DNA from: Chrysomallon squamiferum
Taxonomy: Eukaryota > Animalia > Mollusca
Length of the DNA stretch: 64,000 nt
Reading direction: 5' to 3'
Assembly (NCBI GenBank): GCA_012295275.1
Contig: CM022671.1
Coordinates: forward strand, 10,106,001-10,170,000
In this document: positions 26,084 to 39,313 of the stretch, piece after piece
How positions within the stretch are numbered: position 1 is the stretch's first letter
Layout: every line of letters starts with the position of its first letter
The notes under the pieces: model-generated
What the model saw: only the letters and a program-made list of their open reading frames with translations
What the model was told of the DNA's origin: nothing
The model's database searches: none
Position numbers and translations under genes: made by a program

Positions 26084-27544
26084 CTATTCTTCATATCCCT
26101 CAGGCAAGGCATTCAGATGTCTGTTGTGAAACAATGTGTGGTTCCCATCACCCCATGGAAATGGCTGAAAAAGAAATTTAATTAATATTGTTTTGTTTTT
26201 TTAAATGTTTATAACCGTTATACATGGAGAATATGTGGTTCAATTACATAGTTACTGTGCGCCTAATAAACATCTACATTTAAATAATGGTATATATAAA
26301 TAAGCATATATTTTAATAATTGATTTAAGTTTATAATTTTAATTTTGCTCTATCACGACTCAAGCTTAATACATTTCTATTATTGACATAAAATTAAATG
26401 TTCCTAAAAATATGATGGAATTTTCAGCTTCTTTTCTACCACAAAACTTCAGTAATAAATTACCCGAGTTCTAATTCGAAGATGTTCATATGGAACAAAG
26501 TCTGGACGTTCCAAATGATGCTCCTCTTCCGACATGAAAGCATTAAACCAGCACACAGCAACAGCTGGAATAGCTACCACAAATGTCATTATTTTCCATA
26601 CCTTGGATCCTTTAGCTGAAAAAGTAAAATATATCAGAATTAAATAAAAATGAACAAGTTTGCTATGCATGTTCAAAACAGTTCATTCTCAAATACAATA
26701 TAAAGTATAATATAAAGTTGTTTGTGCGCGTGTATATTCAAGATATGGAGGCTTAAAACAGATGTGTCTATTCTAATGTGTTCATTTTTACTTCATCATT
26801 ATTGTAGATGTAACAGCTTATTTGGAAATTCATTCTATATATTGTTTAAGTTTAACGTATCGCTATCCAGAACCCTGGTGAAATTTTAATTTATCAAAAG
26901 GCTGAAATAAGTTTTACTTATTTAAAGTTATTATAATATTATTTATTTACTTAGTTTTGGGGTTTTTTTTATTATGAAAACGAAAATGGTGATGTTGTTT
27001 TGATTACGGTACGAATCTGCAAGTATCAAAAATATATGAAAATGTAAGTATAAAATAAATACAAATAAATAAAAATAAATAAATGAAGCAATATAATAAG
27101 TAACATAGTAAATGGATATTTTGCGGACCAAATTTTTATTTAGTTTACCGTGTTCGTTCTCAGGTTTCTTGTTGACCTCAAGGTCAGAACCAATGAAAAA
27201 ATCTTTAGCCTTCTTTAATTCCATAAAATAATAAATGTTGCATAGGTGTATAAAATGTTAAAACAAAATATTCTTTCTAGTATTTACTATTTAATGATAA
27301 ATGGCCTGAACACTGAACAGTAAAAGTCAAACGGTAACATTATCATTATGATAACCGTAACAGAATGTGTACGTGACAGGAATCATATCGTTATTTTACA
27401 CATACATTGTATTCAAACACAAAAACTGTATTCTCATTACACATGTAATCTATAAGATAATATTTACTACTTACAACCATGAGCATCGGCAGATGCCCCA
27501 GCACTGTATCTGCGAAACAACACACTTCCCAATTTGCTCGCCAT
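26084..27544 (-). CDS. COX6A: Cytochrome c oxidase subunit 6A, mitochondrial; 3 exons, 100 aa
   Basis: Exons 27475-27544 ([23 protein letters not shown], transit-peptide-like), 26464-26615 ([23 protein letters not shown]...[15 protein letters not shown]) and 26084-26164 ([26 protein letters not shown]). Contains the COX6A signature [14 protein letters not shown] polyA signal lies near 25912-25918. Confidence 0.97.
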
Positions 27545-30500
27545 TTTCGTTCTCAAGGTGCTTTTGACCTGAACTGGATTCCTTCTGATAATTTCGCTTT
27601 AAGCAACACCAACTAAACACCAGTCGTTTCGTATTCGGGAAGTTTCGACTAATCTGTGTTCCTTGCATTCTAATATAACATATGTGCGTGCGTGTCATCA
27701 CGACTATTATTAATTAATTAATTAATTAATTGTTATTGTTGTTGTTGTTGTACTAATAATCGTGCTATTAGTTAGTAATATTTCTTAAGCATAATACTTC
27801 TGAAAACAATAAAATTAAACGATTAAATAAATATAAACTGTACATTTTCACCATGTAATTTTTTTTTTTTTTTTTTTTTTTTGTAATCAGCATTGAATGC
27901 TGAATTAGAAAGCAAAACGGTGAAAGAGATAGAGTTATCAAAATTATTATCTTAAATAAATAAATTATAATATTTTAACCACAATCGTTTAATTACAAAG
28001 ATATTATTGCTGTTTTTGTTGATTAACGCATACTGATTTCGTGTTCGCCTCCAAAAATAATATAAAAGAGAATAGTTTTTGAATAACAACAATGTATTTG
28101 TTATTTTTTAAATGATTTTATTATTATTATTTTTTTCAAAATTGTCTTTTAAGACCTAAAATTGCAATTGAACACTAAAGAAGTAACTTTCATATTTAAA
28201 TAACAAGTGAATATAGTCCTATAAAGGTATATTTGTGGACATTGACAAAAAATATAGAAATTCACTGTTTAGGTTGATTATACATATAGACACACATACT
28301 TACTTACATCTATCTATCTATCTATCTATATATTTATAGTCAGACTGACATATATAATTATGTATACACATGGATACACAGATACACACACATACACACA
28401 TCATACACCCACATATAAACACACACAAATACACACATACATACATACAAACATATACATATTTACACATAAACACAAAAACACACATCTTTATCTATAC
28501 AGATACGTCACATTTTCCCGAAGCTGTCGTTACATATAACGATATCGTTAGCATGTCGTTGACAAAATATTCATCACCTCGAAGGTGACTTTATGAACGT
28601 CGGTAACCTACGACATCGTTATAAAATAACAGATCCAACCCTGTTGTTAACAGTGTCGTTTATTAAAGGTGTGTCGTAACCAAGCTTAATAAGCACTACG
28701 CATTCTGCACACTCCAGGAAAATCATAGCTGATAACCATAAACAATATCTGCATACTTGATAAAAGACTTTTAGTTCATGAGAAGGGACAAATTTGGGCA
28801 CCAAATTAATGAACAGATCTAATTTAGATATCGATAAAATAGCTATAATTTAGACCAAATTAACCTAGGAACATGCAGATTTCATTATGTTGTTCTATAT
28901 AAAATTCTGCACATGCTGATGTTTTGTTATTTATAATGCATTTACTAAAAAAAGTAAATCTGAAAAAGACGGAATGTTTCGACATTTTTTTTTTTCTTGA
29001 TATAACTCGAGAAGTTTTATGTCATTTTATGTGAAAACATCTACAGGCTAATTCTCTTTCTGAATGAGAGGTTAATGAGGCAATCATGAAATTGGTTAAA
29101 TAAAGTTCTTGAGACATTCTATAATTTGCATAGGTTGTAAGAATTTATAATTGAAACTTCTGACATTTTTCTACAAGGCGGTAACAAAAACTGTAGTTAG
29201 ACATCATATAAAGAGTTTACAGTTTTGCAGGTGTCTTCTGTCAATTCAGAATTATATCATGATTCAAAACCTGTTATTATTATGCCACATTTAGATAATT
29301 TCATTTCTGAGCTGGTTTTATGGAAAATCCGGATATTCCAAATTAAACCCTTAATGACAGTAATAGTTTTCCAAGACGACATATTATTTCGTCTAAAGAT
29401 TTAAACTTTATTAAACATCCAGTGGTACAAGATTTTTATAATTTTCGCTGATTTATGTTCTGTAATGTGTAAGAATTACGCAAATTAAAACACAGATATA
29501 AAGTTGGATTTTAATTTTCTTTTCTGAGAATAAATAAAAGTGATTACATGTATTTACAATATACAAACCTAAGTGGTGGTATAATATTTTTACAGCTGAT
29601 GTTGTTCTATTCTTTTTATTAAGGTATACAGTACACAAATGTATAATAAACATCTAAGAAATGTATACTAGAAATGCGATACATTTTCACAGAAATATTT
29701 GAAATACAGGTGAGGGGTAGTTTTTCACTTACTGACCAAATCACTTAACGATCTAGCTTAAATGAGGAATGACTGCACACACACACACACAGACAGACAG
29801 ACACACACACACATTCTCTGTTATTTACAGCCATTACTCATTTACTGGGTTTGTATGTATGTATGTGCGTATGTATTTGCTGATTTGTTTGTTTTGTTTG
29901 TTATTGTGTGTATGTGTGTGTGTGCGTTTCCTCTATGTAGATTCCTTTGTTGCGAATTGTTAAGGAAAAGAGGTGTTTATAATGATTATTTCACCTAATA
30001 GAAAATAACTATTATAAATATTAAAAAAAAGTAAATAAATAAAACAAGTAAAAGGAAACCATAGTTCGAAATATATGTAATACATTTTGTCATATAAATC
30101 CGCTGGGATAATTTATTTAGGAATATTATAAATATAATACAAGAAAGATCACTGTAGTTGTTAATGTCGTACGTTAAATTTATGGTTTTATATGTTAATG
30201 AATCGTGAGTAAGCTCAAGCACGTTGTAGTGAAAAGATGTACTCAGATTATATCTCAGTTTTGGCTAGTTTCTAATTTAATTTTGTCTTTTTATTGTGGC
30301 ATTAAGTACTGCTGCTGAATATGAAAATATTTGTTTGCAAGGAAAAAGCGAAATAGAACAATGATCGGAATCATAACAGATTATAAGGAAAACAACGACA
30401 ACTCACGATCTATGGAAACAACTTTTATTGTTATGTGATATTTTACCTCCACAAGAAAAAGCGTTAATTATAAGTTGACACATGACTTGTTTGTATTTAA

Positions 30501-30689
30501 AAGATGAAATCCAAAACAAAACGTTCCAATCTCATTTCAACGAAAGACCGAAAGTAAAACAGATGTAAACGGATATGGATTTTGAAATAGAAACTGGCCA
30601 TAAATTATGACATATATCTGAAGAATAAATTATTTAAGTAAATAATGTATAAAAAGCTGATTCTGCATTATTTCATACACTTTGAAAAC

Positions 30690-31602
30690 TCAGTCTTTTT
30701 TGAACGCAGAGAAAAGAAGTCCAAACGCTTCGCAACAAGGATCTAGACAGCAGTGAATACAAAGGCCGTAGAGTTTCTGGCAGATGCCACAGTTGAGTTC
30801 AAGAACCTTGAAGCATGGCGTGATGACCCATACGTGGTAGAAGGCGATGGACGCGAACTCGCATCCCCACTCTGCGGCGATGCAGATTCCGCAAAGCAAA
30901 GTGCTGATGGTGTAACACAGAGTCTTCCAGCAGTTGAAACACTTGTACGAGTTGGTCCACACGCAGTCCATGCTATGGGCAGCTTCCGGTTCCGCCAAAA
31001 CATCCTCAAAAGCGACCTGAAAGTTAAGGAAAAGAGGGGAAAATGAAACGAAACAGAAAATTATTACGACATTGTTATTTAAATAATGTAAATAAAGTCG
31101 AGGTGATATGAAACACGTGAAAAGGCTAATTATATCAAACTGATTCGCAATATTTTAATTATAATCTTATGATTGATTATTCCTTATCCAATGGTTAAAA
31201 ATAACGTCCTGGTATATACGTTTTTTCTTTAAAAAAAAAAAAATCGTGGAAAGAACACAGCAATAATTTGTATCAAAATCAGTACGTTAATCTGAATTTA
31301 TTATTTAAATAATATTTCCAGTAATGCTTATTATTAATAAATAAATAAATAAATAATTAAAAATTGTTAAATTAAAATGTAACGAAAAAACAAATAAAAA
31401 AAGGTTTACGACTATTTAAGCTTGGAGAAATCTTACTAGTGCTCGTCTTGCATTTAAAAAAAAAAAAAAAAAAATTCTGAAACTCTTAGTAACAAACAAA
31501 ACTACTATGAAATAAACAGTCGCTGATGATTTTAAAGGCATTTACCTTAATGTGGTCGTTGATATTGTTGGGATCCCTGTTTATCAAATCAATGTCTGCC
31601 AT
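30690..31602 (-). CDS. CAV: Caveolin (short, Cys-rich invertebrate type), copy A; 2 exons, 127 aa
   Basis: Exon 31546-31602 reads MADIDLINRDPNNINDHIK; exon 30690-31016 reads VAFEDVLAEPEAAHSMDCVW...FSAFKKD*. It has the caveolin NRDP..IN.H motif and signature FEDV(L)AEP, with a phase-0 GT-AG intron just before the signature. Confidence 0.95.
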
Positions 31603-31646
31603 CTTTAAATTTTAAGTGTAAACTCCCACAATTTATTCAGCAGTAA

Positions 31647-31715
31647 CGAGTGATGTTTGGAACTGGGGTGGTGCTAGACTACACTGAAGTATATATACGG
31701 TTATACCTTAGCAAC
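31647..31715 (-). promoter_or_regulatory. Core promoter of caveolin A (TATA plus Inr-like element)
   Basis: TATATATA at 31690-31697, with an Inr-like TCACT ~35 nt downstream on the minus strand, ~50 nt before the ATG. Confidence 0.45.
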
Positions 31716-33849
31716 CTAGAGTCGTCAGGCAAACACCTGCTCAGTATTCCGTGAAGTATAATCCCTATTAACCGTCGCCATTATTTGCCAGATTATCTAA
31801 TTTTTCTGTTGCCTCATACGGAATGAATGGAACAAATCAGCGTGCTAATTGAGACCTTTTATTGAAATGCTGTCGCAAAAAACAAGAGCTAAAACACTTT
31901 GGAAACAAGAACAGTAATATGATTATAATAGTTATTTTACTAATGATAATAAAACAATAATAAATACATTTCTTAATAAACAAATACATAAATAAATAAA
32001 CAACAACAAAAATAATAAACCAAAATGAAAATTATTAAATTAAATTAAATGCCTGTTTATTAACTATATGCATTTATGAAGGCATAATTCTAAAGTTTTC
32101 AGGAATAAATCTCTTGCTTTTCAGTTTATCTACAAATTTATTTATTTGACATTAATACTGTCTAAAAACGTTAATCCTTCTTAATAATTTAAGATTATTC
32201 TTACTATTATTGCGTAAATAATTTTTCAAACTATGCAATGAAATGACAGCACAAAATTAAAAAAAAAAAGTAAAAAGTAAAGCATTTGTAACTCAGTCCT
32301 AGTTCTTAAGGTTTTGTGTTCAAAACACGGTACAGACACGACTATAACCTGGTACAGGCTATAGCTTCATGTATTATGGCTTTGAACATCCTTCACTTTA
32401 TTACAGATGTCGGAACAGTACTTACATCCTACTACATTTCAGGCAATGGTCCGATAGTTTTAATCGCTCGACCGCCAAAGGTTTCTAGTTTTTGAATTTA
32501 TGTTAATCAATTACTGTTTTCGCTCGTCTGTTTGAATGTTAATTTCGAAAATTGGCATCTCTGTATTGCCATACCAGAAAAAACCCCTTATATTTATAGT
32601 TTATATGAAATGTGACGTAATTATGGTTAAGAACTACTCGGATAAGCAGAGTAGACTTCATAGTCAGATATCTTTTATGTGCACAAACAAGATGTGGAAC
32701 AATCACTGGAACAAGAAACTGCCCAATGGATCCTCCACATCCTGAGAGGACACTATCAATAAGATTCGTCCTGCACCCCTTAGTTCTTTTCAAATCTATT
32801 GCATTGTAGTTTGACGATTTAAATCCAAAAATAATCACCGGTATGTGCATCTTGATGGAAGTAAGTGTGTTTGCCTTACAGTTTCCTGTCCGAAACATCT
32901 TGTACAAATATCAACATAACGTAATACCAAGTCCACTGCGGTTTAAACAATAACAAAAACAATTAACAAATTTAATATTTTTATTAGTAACAATATTCTA
33001 AACATAACAATTAACATAGATTTTAGAAATTTAAAATAAACATACTGTTATAAAAAAATATTTACAAATTTAAGCAGAAAGCAACAATTTATAGAACTTC
33101 ATAACAATACAAATATGATGTTTCAATATTTTATACATAAAATCAAAGTTTATATAAATTTTAAATAATAGTACTGAAATAAAAATGTTTTCAGGTTTAA
33201 ACAAAACAGTTTATAGAAAGGTTCTATTAATACGAATATAATAAATATTTTCAATCATTTATAGGTTAATATGTTAATCAATGCAGTAATATATTTTAAA
33301 GTGGTCTTACAATTACGTTCTTTTCTCTTCTATAACACGTTCTGTAATTCGCTTTATAATCTTTTTAATCATCTTGATAATGAAATAATCTGACATTTAT
33401 ACTTGTTGACACTGTTGAACTTGGACACAAACTCTGTCTTCACTGAAAAATAATAATAATAATAAAAATAACGGATCTGTACAGTTGTCTTATCCTTTCC
33501 AGACTATTATAATCCATTACCCATAACAGTTCAGAGCTCCACCAACTCCGTCACATCCATCCAAACGGCCCTATTAACACATACAAAGAATCTATCCACC
33601 TACCCAATGAAACAATAAAACATCCTTCATCAATCTCATTTATTCATGAGTTCATGTATCCGTCCAGCAGTCCATTTTTCGATCATCAGTAATTTTCCTA
33701 TTAACAGCATCTTCTTACACGTTAATTTTTTTAAACATTAATATTATTATAACATAATTTATCTCTTCATTATTACCGCTCCATAAACTATTTTACTTGG
33801 AGGCTGTAGTAATTATAGTGTTTTACAGACCTGTTTAAATCAGTAATAC

Positions 33850-34361
33850 TTACTTGAACGATTTAAAGAACAGAGAGAAAGCTTCACAAATCGGGTCCAG
33901 AATACAGTGAACATGCATGCTATACAGTTTCTTTGTTTTTCCAAATGTTACTTCAGCACATTTGAAGTTAGGCGTGACGAAATAGATTTCCCAGAAGGAC
34001 AAAAACGCCAATCTGCAACCCCAGAATATGGAACAACAAACTCCACAACACAGCGTAAAACATCGGAAACCACACCTGTAACAGCAGGTGTACCAAAAGA
34101 AACTACATCTCCACACTCCCTCGAGACTGCGAGCTCCAGGAGGCTCTGCTATGACATCTTCAAACTGGATCTGAATGTTTTAAACACTCTCAGAATAATA
34201 ACTTAAATATGTCGTGCAAAAAGGACAAAAGGAAGTTAGATGTTGGTCTATTTATTTAATTGTATATATATAAAACAGCAAATGATTCTATCTAATTATT
34301 CTACTGTATGAATTAATATTTTTTTGTATTAATTGTTTTTATTATTATTTTAAGTATTAGT

Positions 34362-34442
<81 letters not shown>

Positions 34443-34990
34443 CTTAACGTTAAGTCGGCCTACTTATTTTCAGATAAATAGTTAAATGGTCGGATGTTCT
34501 TGTACTATTTCTGAGTTAAGGCTCATTCTCTGATGATTTATTATACAGTTAAAATTTTATTTGTTTTACATAGAATTTAAACATGCAAAATAAATGAATA
34601 AAAACTGATTTTATATTAGAATGTAAAAATTATTTAAATTGATAATATCTAAAGGTAATTATGCATAACAAAATAGCCAAAACTAGAACAGCGATACAAT
34701 AACTAGAAAAGCAGAATATTTTAAAATTAGATTACATTATGAAACAATAATGCTTTGCAATAAATATCAGGTATAACATTTCAAACAAATGCTCATAAAT
34801 ATCTTATATACGTTTTTAATTTTATATAACTTGTAACAAACAAATACTCGTAAATATTTCATATACGTTATTAATTTTATATAACTTACAACAAATACTC
34901 GTAAGTACTTACGGCAATATGAGAGTTGACTTGCTTCGGGTCACGATTCCGGACATTTAGCTCGCGCAGCTGTCGAAGGAGTCGCGGCAT
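33850..34990 (-). CDS. CAV: Caveolin (short, Cys-rich), copy B; 2 exons, 132 aa
   Basis: Exon 34913-34990 reads MPRLLRQLRELNVRNRDPKQVNSHIA; exon 33850-34170 reads IQFEDVIAEPPGARSLEGVW...HCILDPICEAFSLFFKSFK*. It has the perfect signature FEDVIAEP and the same intron position as copy A. Confidence 0.93.
34362..34442. repeat. (ACT)n microsatellite in the caveolin B intron
   Basis: Pure trinucleotide run of ~27 units. Confidence 0.95.
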
Positions 34991-35173
34991 GTTTGAGTCT
35001 GTCTAACTATGTGACAAACCTCCAACCTCCATTTGCACCGTCTTCATTTCTTAAGTAGGGCAAATCATACAGAGCACGTGCATCAGCTTACGTCACGTCC
35101 AGCACGGTTGTTTTTGTTTTCTTCACACTATATAATTAGTACTTTAATATCATTATTGCATTGGCGTGGGTAT

Positions 35174-35418
<245 letters not shown>

Positions 35419-35643
35419 TTTTTCGTCTTTTTAAATAATTAATTTTCTTGATTAATAGAAGATTAATACCTAGTTATGTTGTTGTTTATAATCAAAATTA
35501 TTTTTAATTGTTACCAAATAAATAAAATTGCTTTGGAATAATTTTTATGTTGATTTGTTTTCTCCAAGTGTTTCATTAATTTAAAAGAAAAAGAATTCGA
35601 ATTAAAACACCCCCCCAAATTATCTATTTTCATTAGTCTATCA

Positions 35644-35947
35644 CAGTGATTCCCAACCTTTTCATCAATGCGGAGCCCTATAACATTTTTTAATATCCTG
35701 CAGTGCCCCCCCCCACATTTATTTTATTTTACCAGCTAAAACAAAAAACAGACAAAACTAAAGCAACAGAAGTAAAAAAAAAACTATATTAACATTATAA
35801 CATAACTTCTTACCGTTAGTCATTCTGTCCGTCTAACTGCCCCCAGTTTCTCCTTTTTTATTTATTAGTTATGTCATCTCTCGCGGAGCCCTTGACGATG
35901 CACCGCGGAGCACAAAGGCTCCGAGGAGCCCCGGTTGGGAAGCACTG
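35644..35947. mobile_element. hAT-superfamily MITE (304 bp)
   Basis: 15-bp TIRs cagtgattcccaacc / ggttgggaagcactg (1 mismatch), a perfect 8-bp TSD GTCTATCA (35636-35643 and 35948-35955), and subterminal gcggagc repeats. Confidence 0.93.
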
Positions 35948-37596
35948 GTCTATCATCTAAGAGATTTAATACTATCTAATCGAAGGGAAATAACTCTTCA
36001 TCACCTATCTCTATCAATATAGTTCAGTTAATAATAGGAGCGTCGGTTTCGCACATTGTCATTGAAGCCGGACTCGTTGATGGGCAGGAAGGAATGGCTA
36101 ATATGTAGCATACGTGCTCAAAGTAGCACACCATGCCCAGATTTTTCTTTTTATTTTATTTTTAAATTCTTTCTTTGTAAATGTTTTGTAAAATGTCGAT
36201 CTTCTGCTACTCTTATTCCTATTGCTACTACCGCTGGTTCTGCTGTCTGTTACTGCTACTTTAACAATTACTAGTATCACTATTTTACTACTGTTACTTA
36301 CAATATAACAAGACGAAACAGTAACCACTCTACTACTACTACTACTACTACTACTACAAAAAAAAGAAAAACATTAAATTCGCGAGCCAAACGTTTCAGA
36401 AAATTGTCATTCCTCGAGAACACAGAAACATCTTGTCGGTAACACGAACAGAAAAAAGACATTAACGCCTAGAAGCCAAATATGTTGTTGATATTATAAT
36501 TTATCTGAATGTTTTTATTTAATGGAAATGAAATTCTTTGCTTGTGTTGAGTTTATTCTATTTAAATAATACGTACATTAAAACGAAACTGGTTTTCTAT
36601 CGTTAAAATATTAAAATGATCTTCTATTTATGTCTCTGTTTACATCTTATTTCAGCGGTTGTTTCGTTTAAATCAACGTTGTGACTCCATTCATAAAACG
36701 TGTATATGTAGCTTTACATGAACGCACAATTCTGCCAGTGCGAGGACTTTTCAAGAGAAGAGTAGAAATTCTCATCGTCTTTAATTCTGTCTTGGCTGGC
36801 TAGACGTCTGCATGACAGTACATTATGTCTTTTCTTTACAAAATAAAATGATAATGAATTGTAGTAAACGTATTGCTGAGCTAATATAATTCTATTTACT
36901 TACTTCCTTATTTATTCATATGTAATATTGCTTATAGTTTATTACTTTTTTTAATTATCTTTCATTCTTTATTTTGAACATTGCTAATTTTGCTTGAATA
37001 GTTATGGATATCGATAATAATAATACATATAATCTAATAAATTCAGTTTCGAGGAATGTAAGTTTGTTTGATCGATAAGTAATTTAATTCCATTTCCTTT
37101 CCACTTCATTTGCACTATAAAGGTGACTTTTTTGTCGTCAGTTTTTATTATTATTTCTTTTTAAACAAGGTGCTTTTTTTTAATTTAATATTTTTTTTTC
37201 CGAATGTACTTTAATCCTAGAAATAAACTGAAGCAAATTAATATTCAAAGTCTACCCTAATGATATATTTTCTAATATCAAATAGAAAAACGTTTCATTT
37301 ATTTATTTATATTTACATTCTATATTTATTTATTTTTATTATCTTTTTTACTTATTTATTACATTATTTATTTATTTATTTATTTACATTTTTGTTTGTT
37401 TGTCTGCTTAATGCAGTGATTAAAAGTTATGGTAATCACCTGTTATGGATTATCGATAATCCACTGAGATCAATAATTTAGTCAACAAAAGACAAACATT
37501 TGTCACACATTAACAACAATTTATTATACTGTATTAGAAAATCAATACTGAGTCTGTTACACTGATACTGATTATCTGAGTTCATTAGCTGTAGTA

Positions 37597-37725
37597 AATA
37601 ATAATAATAATGATGATGATAATAATGACGATAATGATAATGATAATAATAATACTAACAATAAAAATGATGATGATGATGATACTACTACTACTACTAC
37701 TACTACTACTAATAATAATAATAAT
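37597..37725. repeat. Compound (AAT)/(GAT)/(ACT) microsatellite
   Basis: Directly visible. Confidence 0.9.
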
Positions 37726-39216
37726 AAAAAGGAGACAGACATATAAAGTCATTTATTTGTTTGTATTTTATCTTTTCATTTTTTACAAACACTGAACATA
37801 GGAGATTGTGATATTTACAGAGAAAAGCGGATGAACAGAAAGGAGGAAAGCGTGCAAGATAAAAATAAAAAGGGAAAAGGAGGAGCGCGTTAAAGATAGA
37901 CAGAATTACAGCAAGAGAGAAAATTACTGTTTATAGTTATAAACCTCTATTTAAAAATATAAGGATTTATAATTTATTATTATTATTTTTTAAATTAGTA
38001 TTTTGATGATGATGAGGGGCTCATGATGATCGAAAAACCTTTGTTTTTTAATTTATTTATATATACCTTGATATAGCTAGATAGGTGTACTTTCTTTCTT
38101 ATTATTATTATTTATTAAAAATATGTTCTATTTAATTTTTTTTTGTAAGCTGTAAGAAGAAGAAGAAAAAGGAAAGTAGAAGAAAGAAGATGAAAAACAA
38201 CAATATGAATATCAGTAATAAAGCAGTGCAGCTGCCAGAAAATCCACAAAATAACAAACCCCCAAACCCCTAAATCCCCTAAAAACCCCATTAAAAATAT
38301 AAAATAAATAAATTATATAGTAACATAATCAAATGTTAAACGTTAGCAGCTTTAATAATAATTATTTAAAATGTGTTCTAAATGTCTGTCTGTCTGAATG
38401 TATGTATTTATGAATTTATCTATGTATGTATGTATGTTTGTACATATATATATATATATATATATATGTACAAATACATACACATATCATTATTATCATT
38501 ATTTATTTATTTATTATTATTATTATTTTTTTTTTTTAAACCAGATAAAAGTACGTACAGTTTCAAAATTTTATCCAGTACCTTTTCTTCGTTCTAATTC
38601 TGTGGCAATTTTGGCAACTTAAACATAGTCAATTTAATATTCCTTTTTAAAAAATCAGTGTTTAACTACAAGCATGTCCACTTTAAATAAATGAAAATCG
38701 AATCTATGGTATTTCTGTGTTATCATTAATTGATCAGATAAACTCCATTGTGTAGATCTTTTTTTCTTTCTTTTTTTCTTCTTTCAATTTGGTTTAGTGA
38801 AATATCGATACGGGTTCATCGATGTAGAGTGTTTTATGTCAAGGTCTTCATTTATTTATTTATTTATTATTATTAATATCGAAATTTCAGTATGTAATTA
38901 TTAAAATGTAACCATACATATGAATCAAACAGGGGAAAAAATCATAGACACAAAAACAAAAATAAAATCATGAAACAAATAAACCTATATAACTTATGCA
39001 CTTCCAGGATCAGTTTTAATGTTCATACATGACAAGCTCTGAATTAATTACCAAGTAGATGGACATCGGTCTCAGTCATATATTTTTTATTTTTTTTTAT
39101 TTTTTTATATTAATTATTCTGGGTAATCTCCCTTTAGTTCCACTTTAATTGTATTTTATAGTTTTAATTAAAGAACTATTTATTTTGGTAACACTGAAAC
39201 CTGAGATTTCTTGCAG

Positions 39217-39258
39217 TAGAAGAAGAAGAAGAAGAAGAAGAACAACAACAACAACAGT

Positions 39259-39297
<39 letters not shown>

Positions 39298-39313
39298 AAC
39301 ATAATAATAATAA
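39217..39313. repeat. Compound (AAG)/(AAC)/(AAT) microsatellite
   Basis: Directly visible; abuts the LINE fragment. Confidence 0.9.

Noticed and set aside
30743-31046. Alternative-frame and antisense ORFs over caveolin A (likewise 33907-34206, 21172-21414 and 51254-52953 on +)
   Set aside because: These are shadow ORFs of real exons, with no independent motifs.
32539-32907. 122-aa ORF as a third caveolin
   Set aside because: No FEDVIAEP or NRDP motif was found in any frame examined.
3289-34990. Non-canonical (U12 or GC-AG) introns or stop-codon readthrough in the spliced genes
   Set aside because: All predicted introns are ordinary GT-AG, and no convincing readthrough context was seen.
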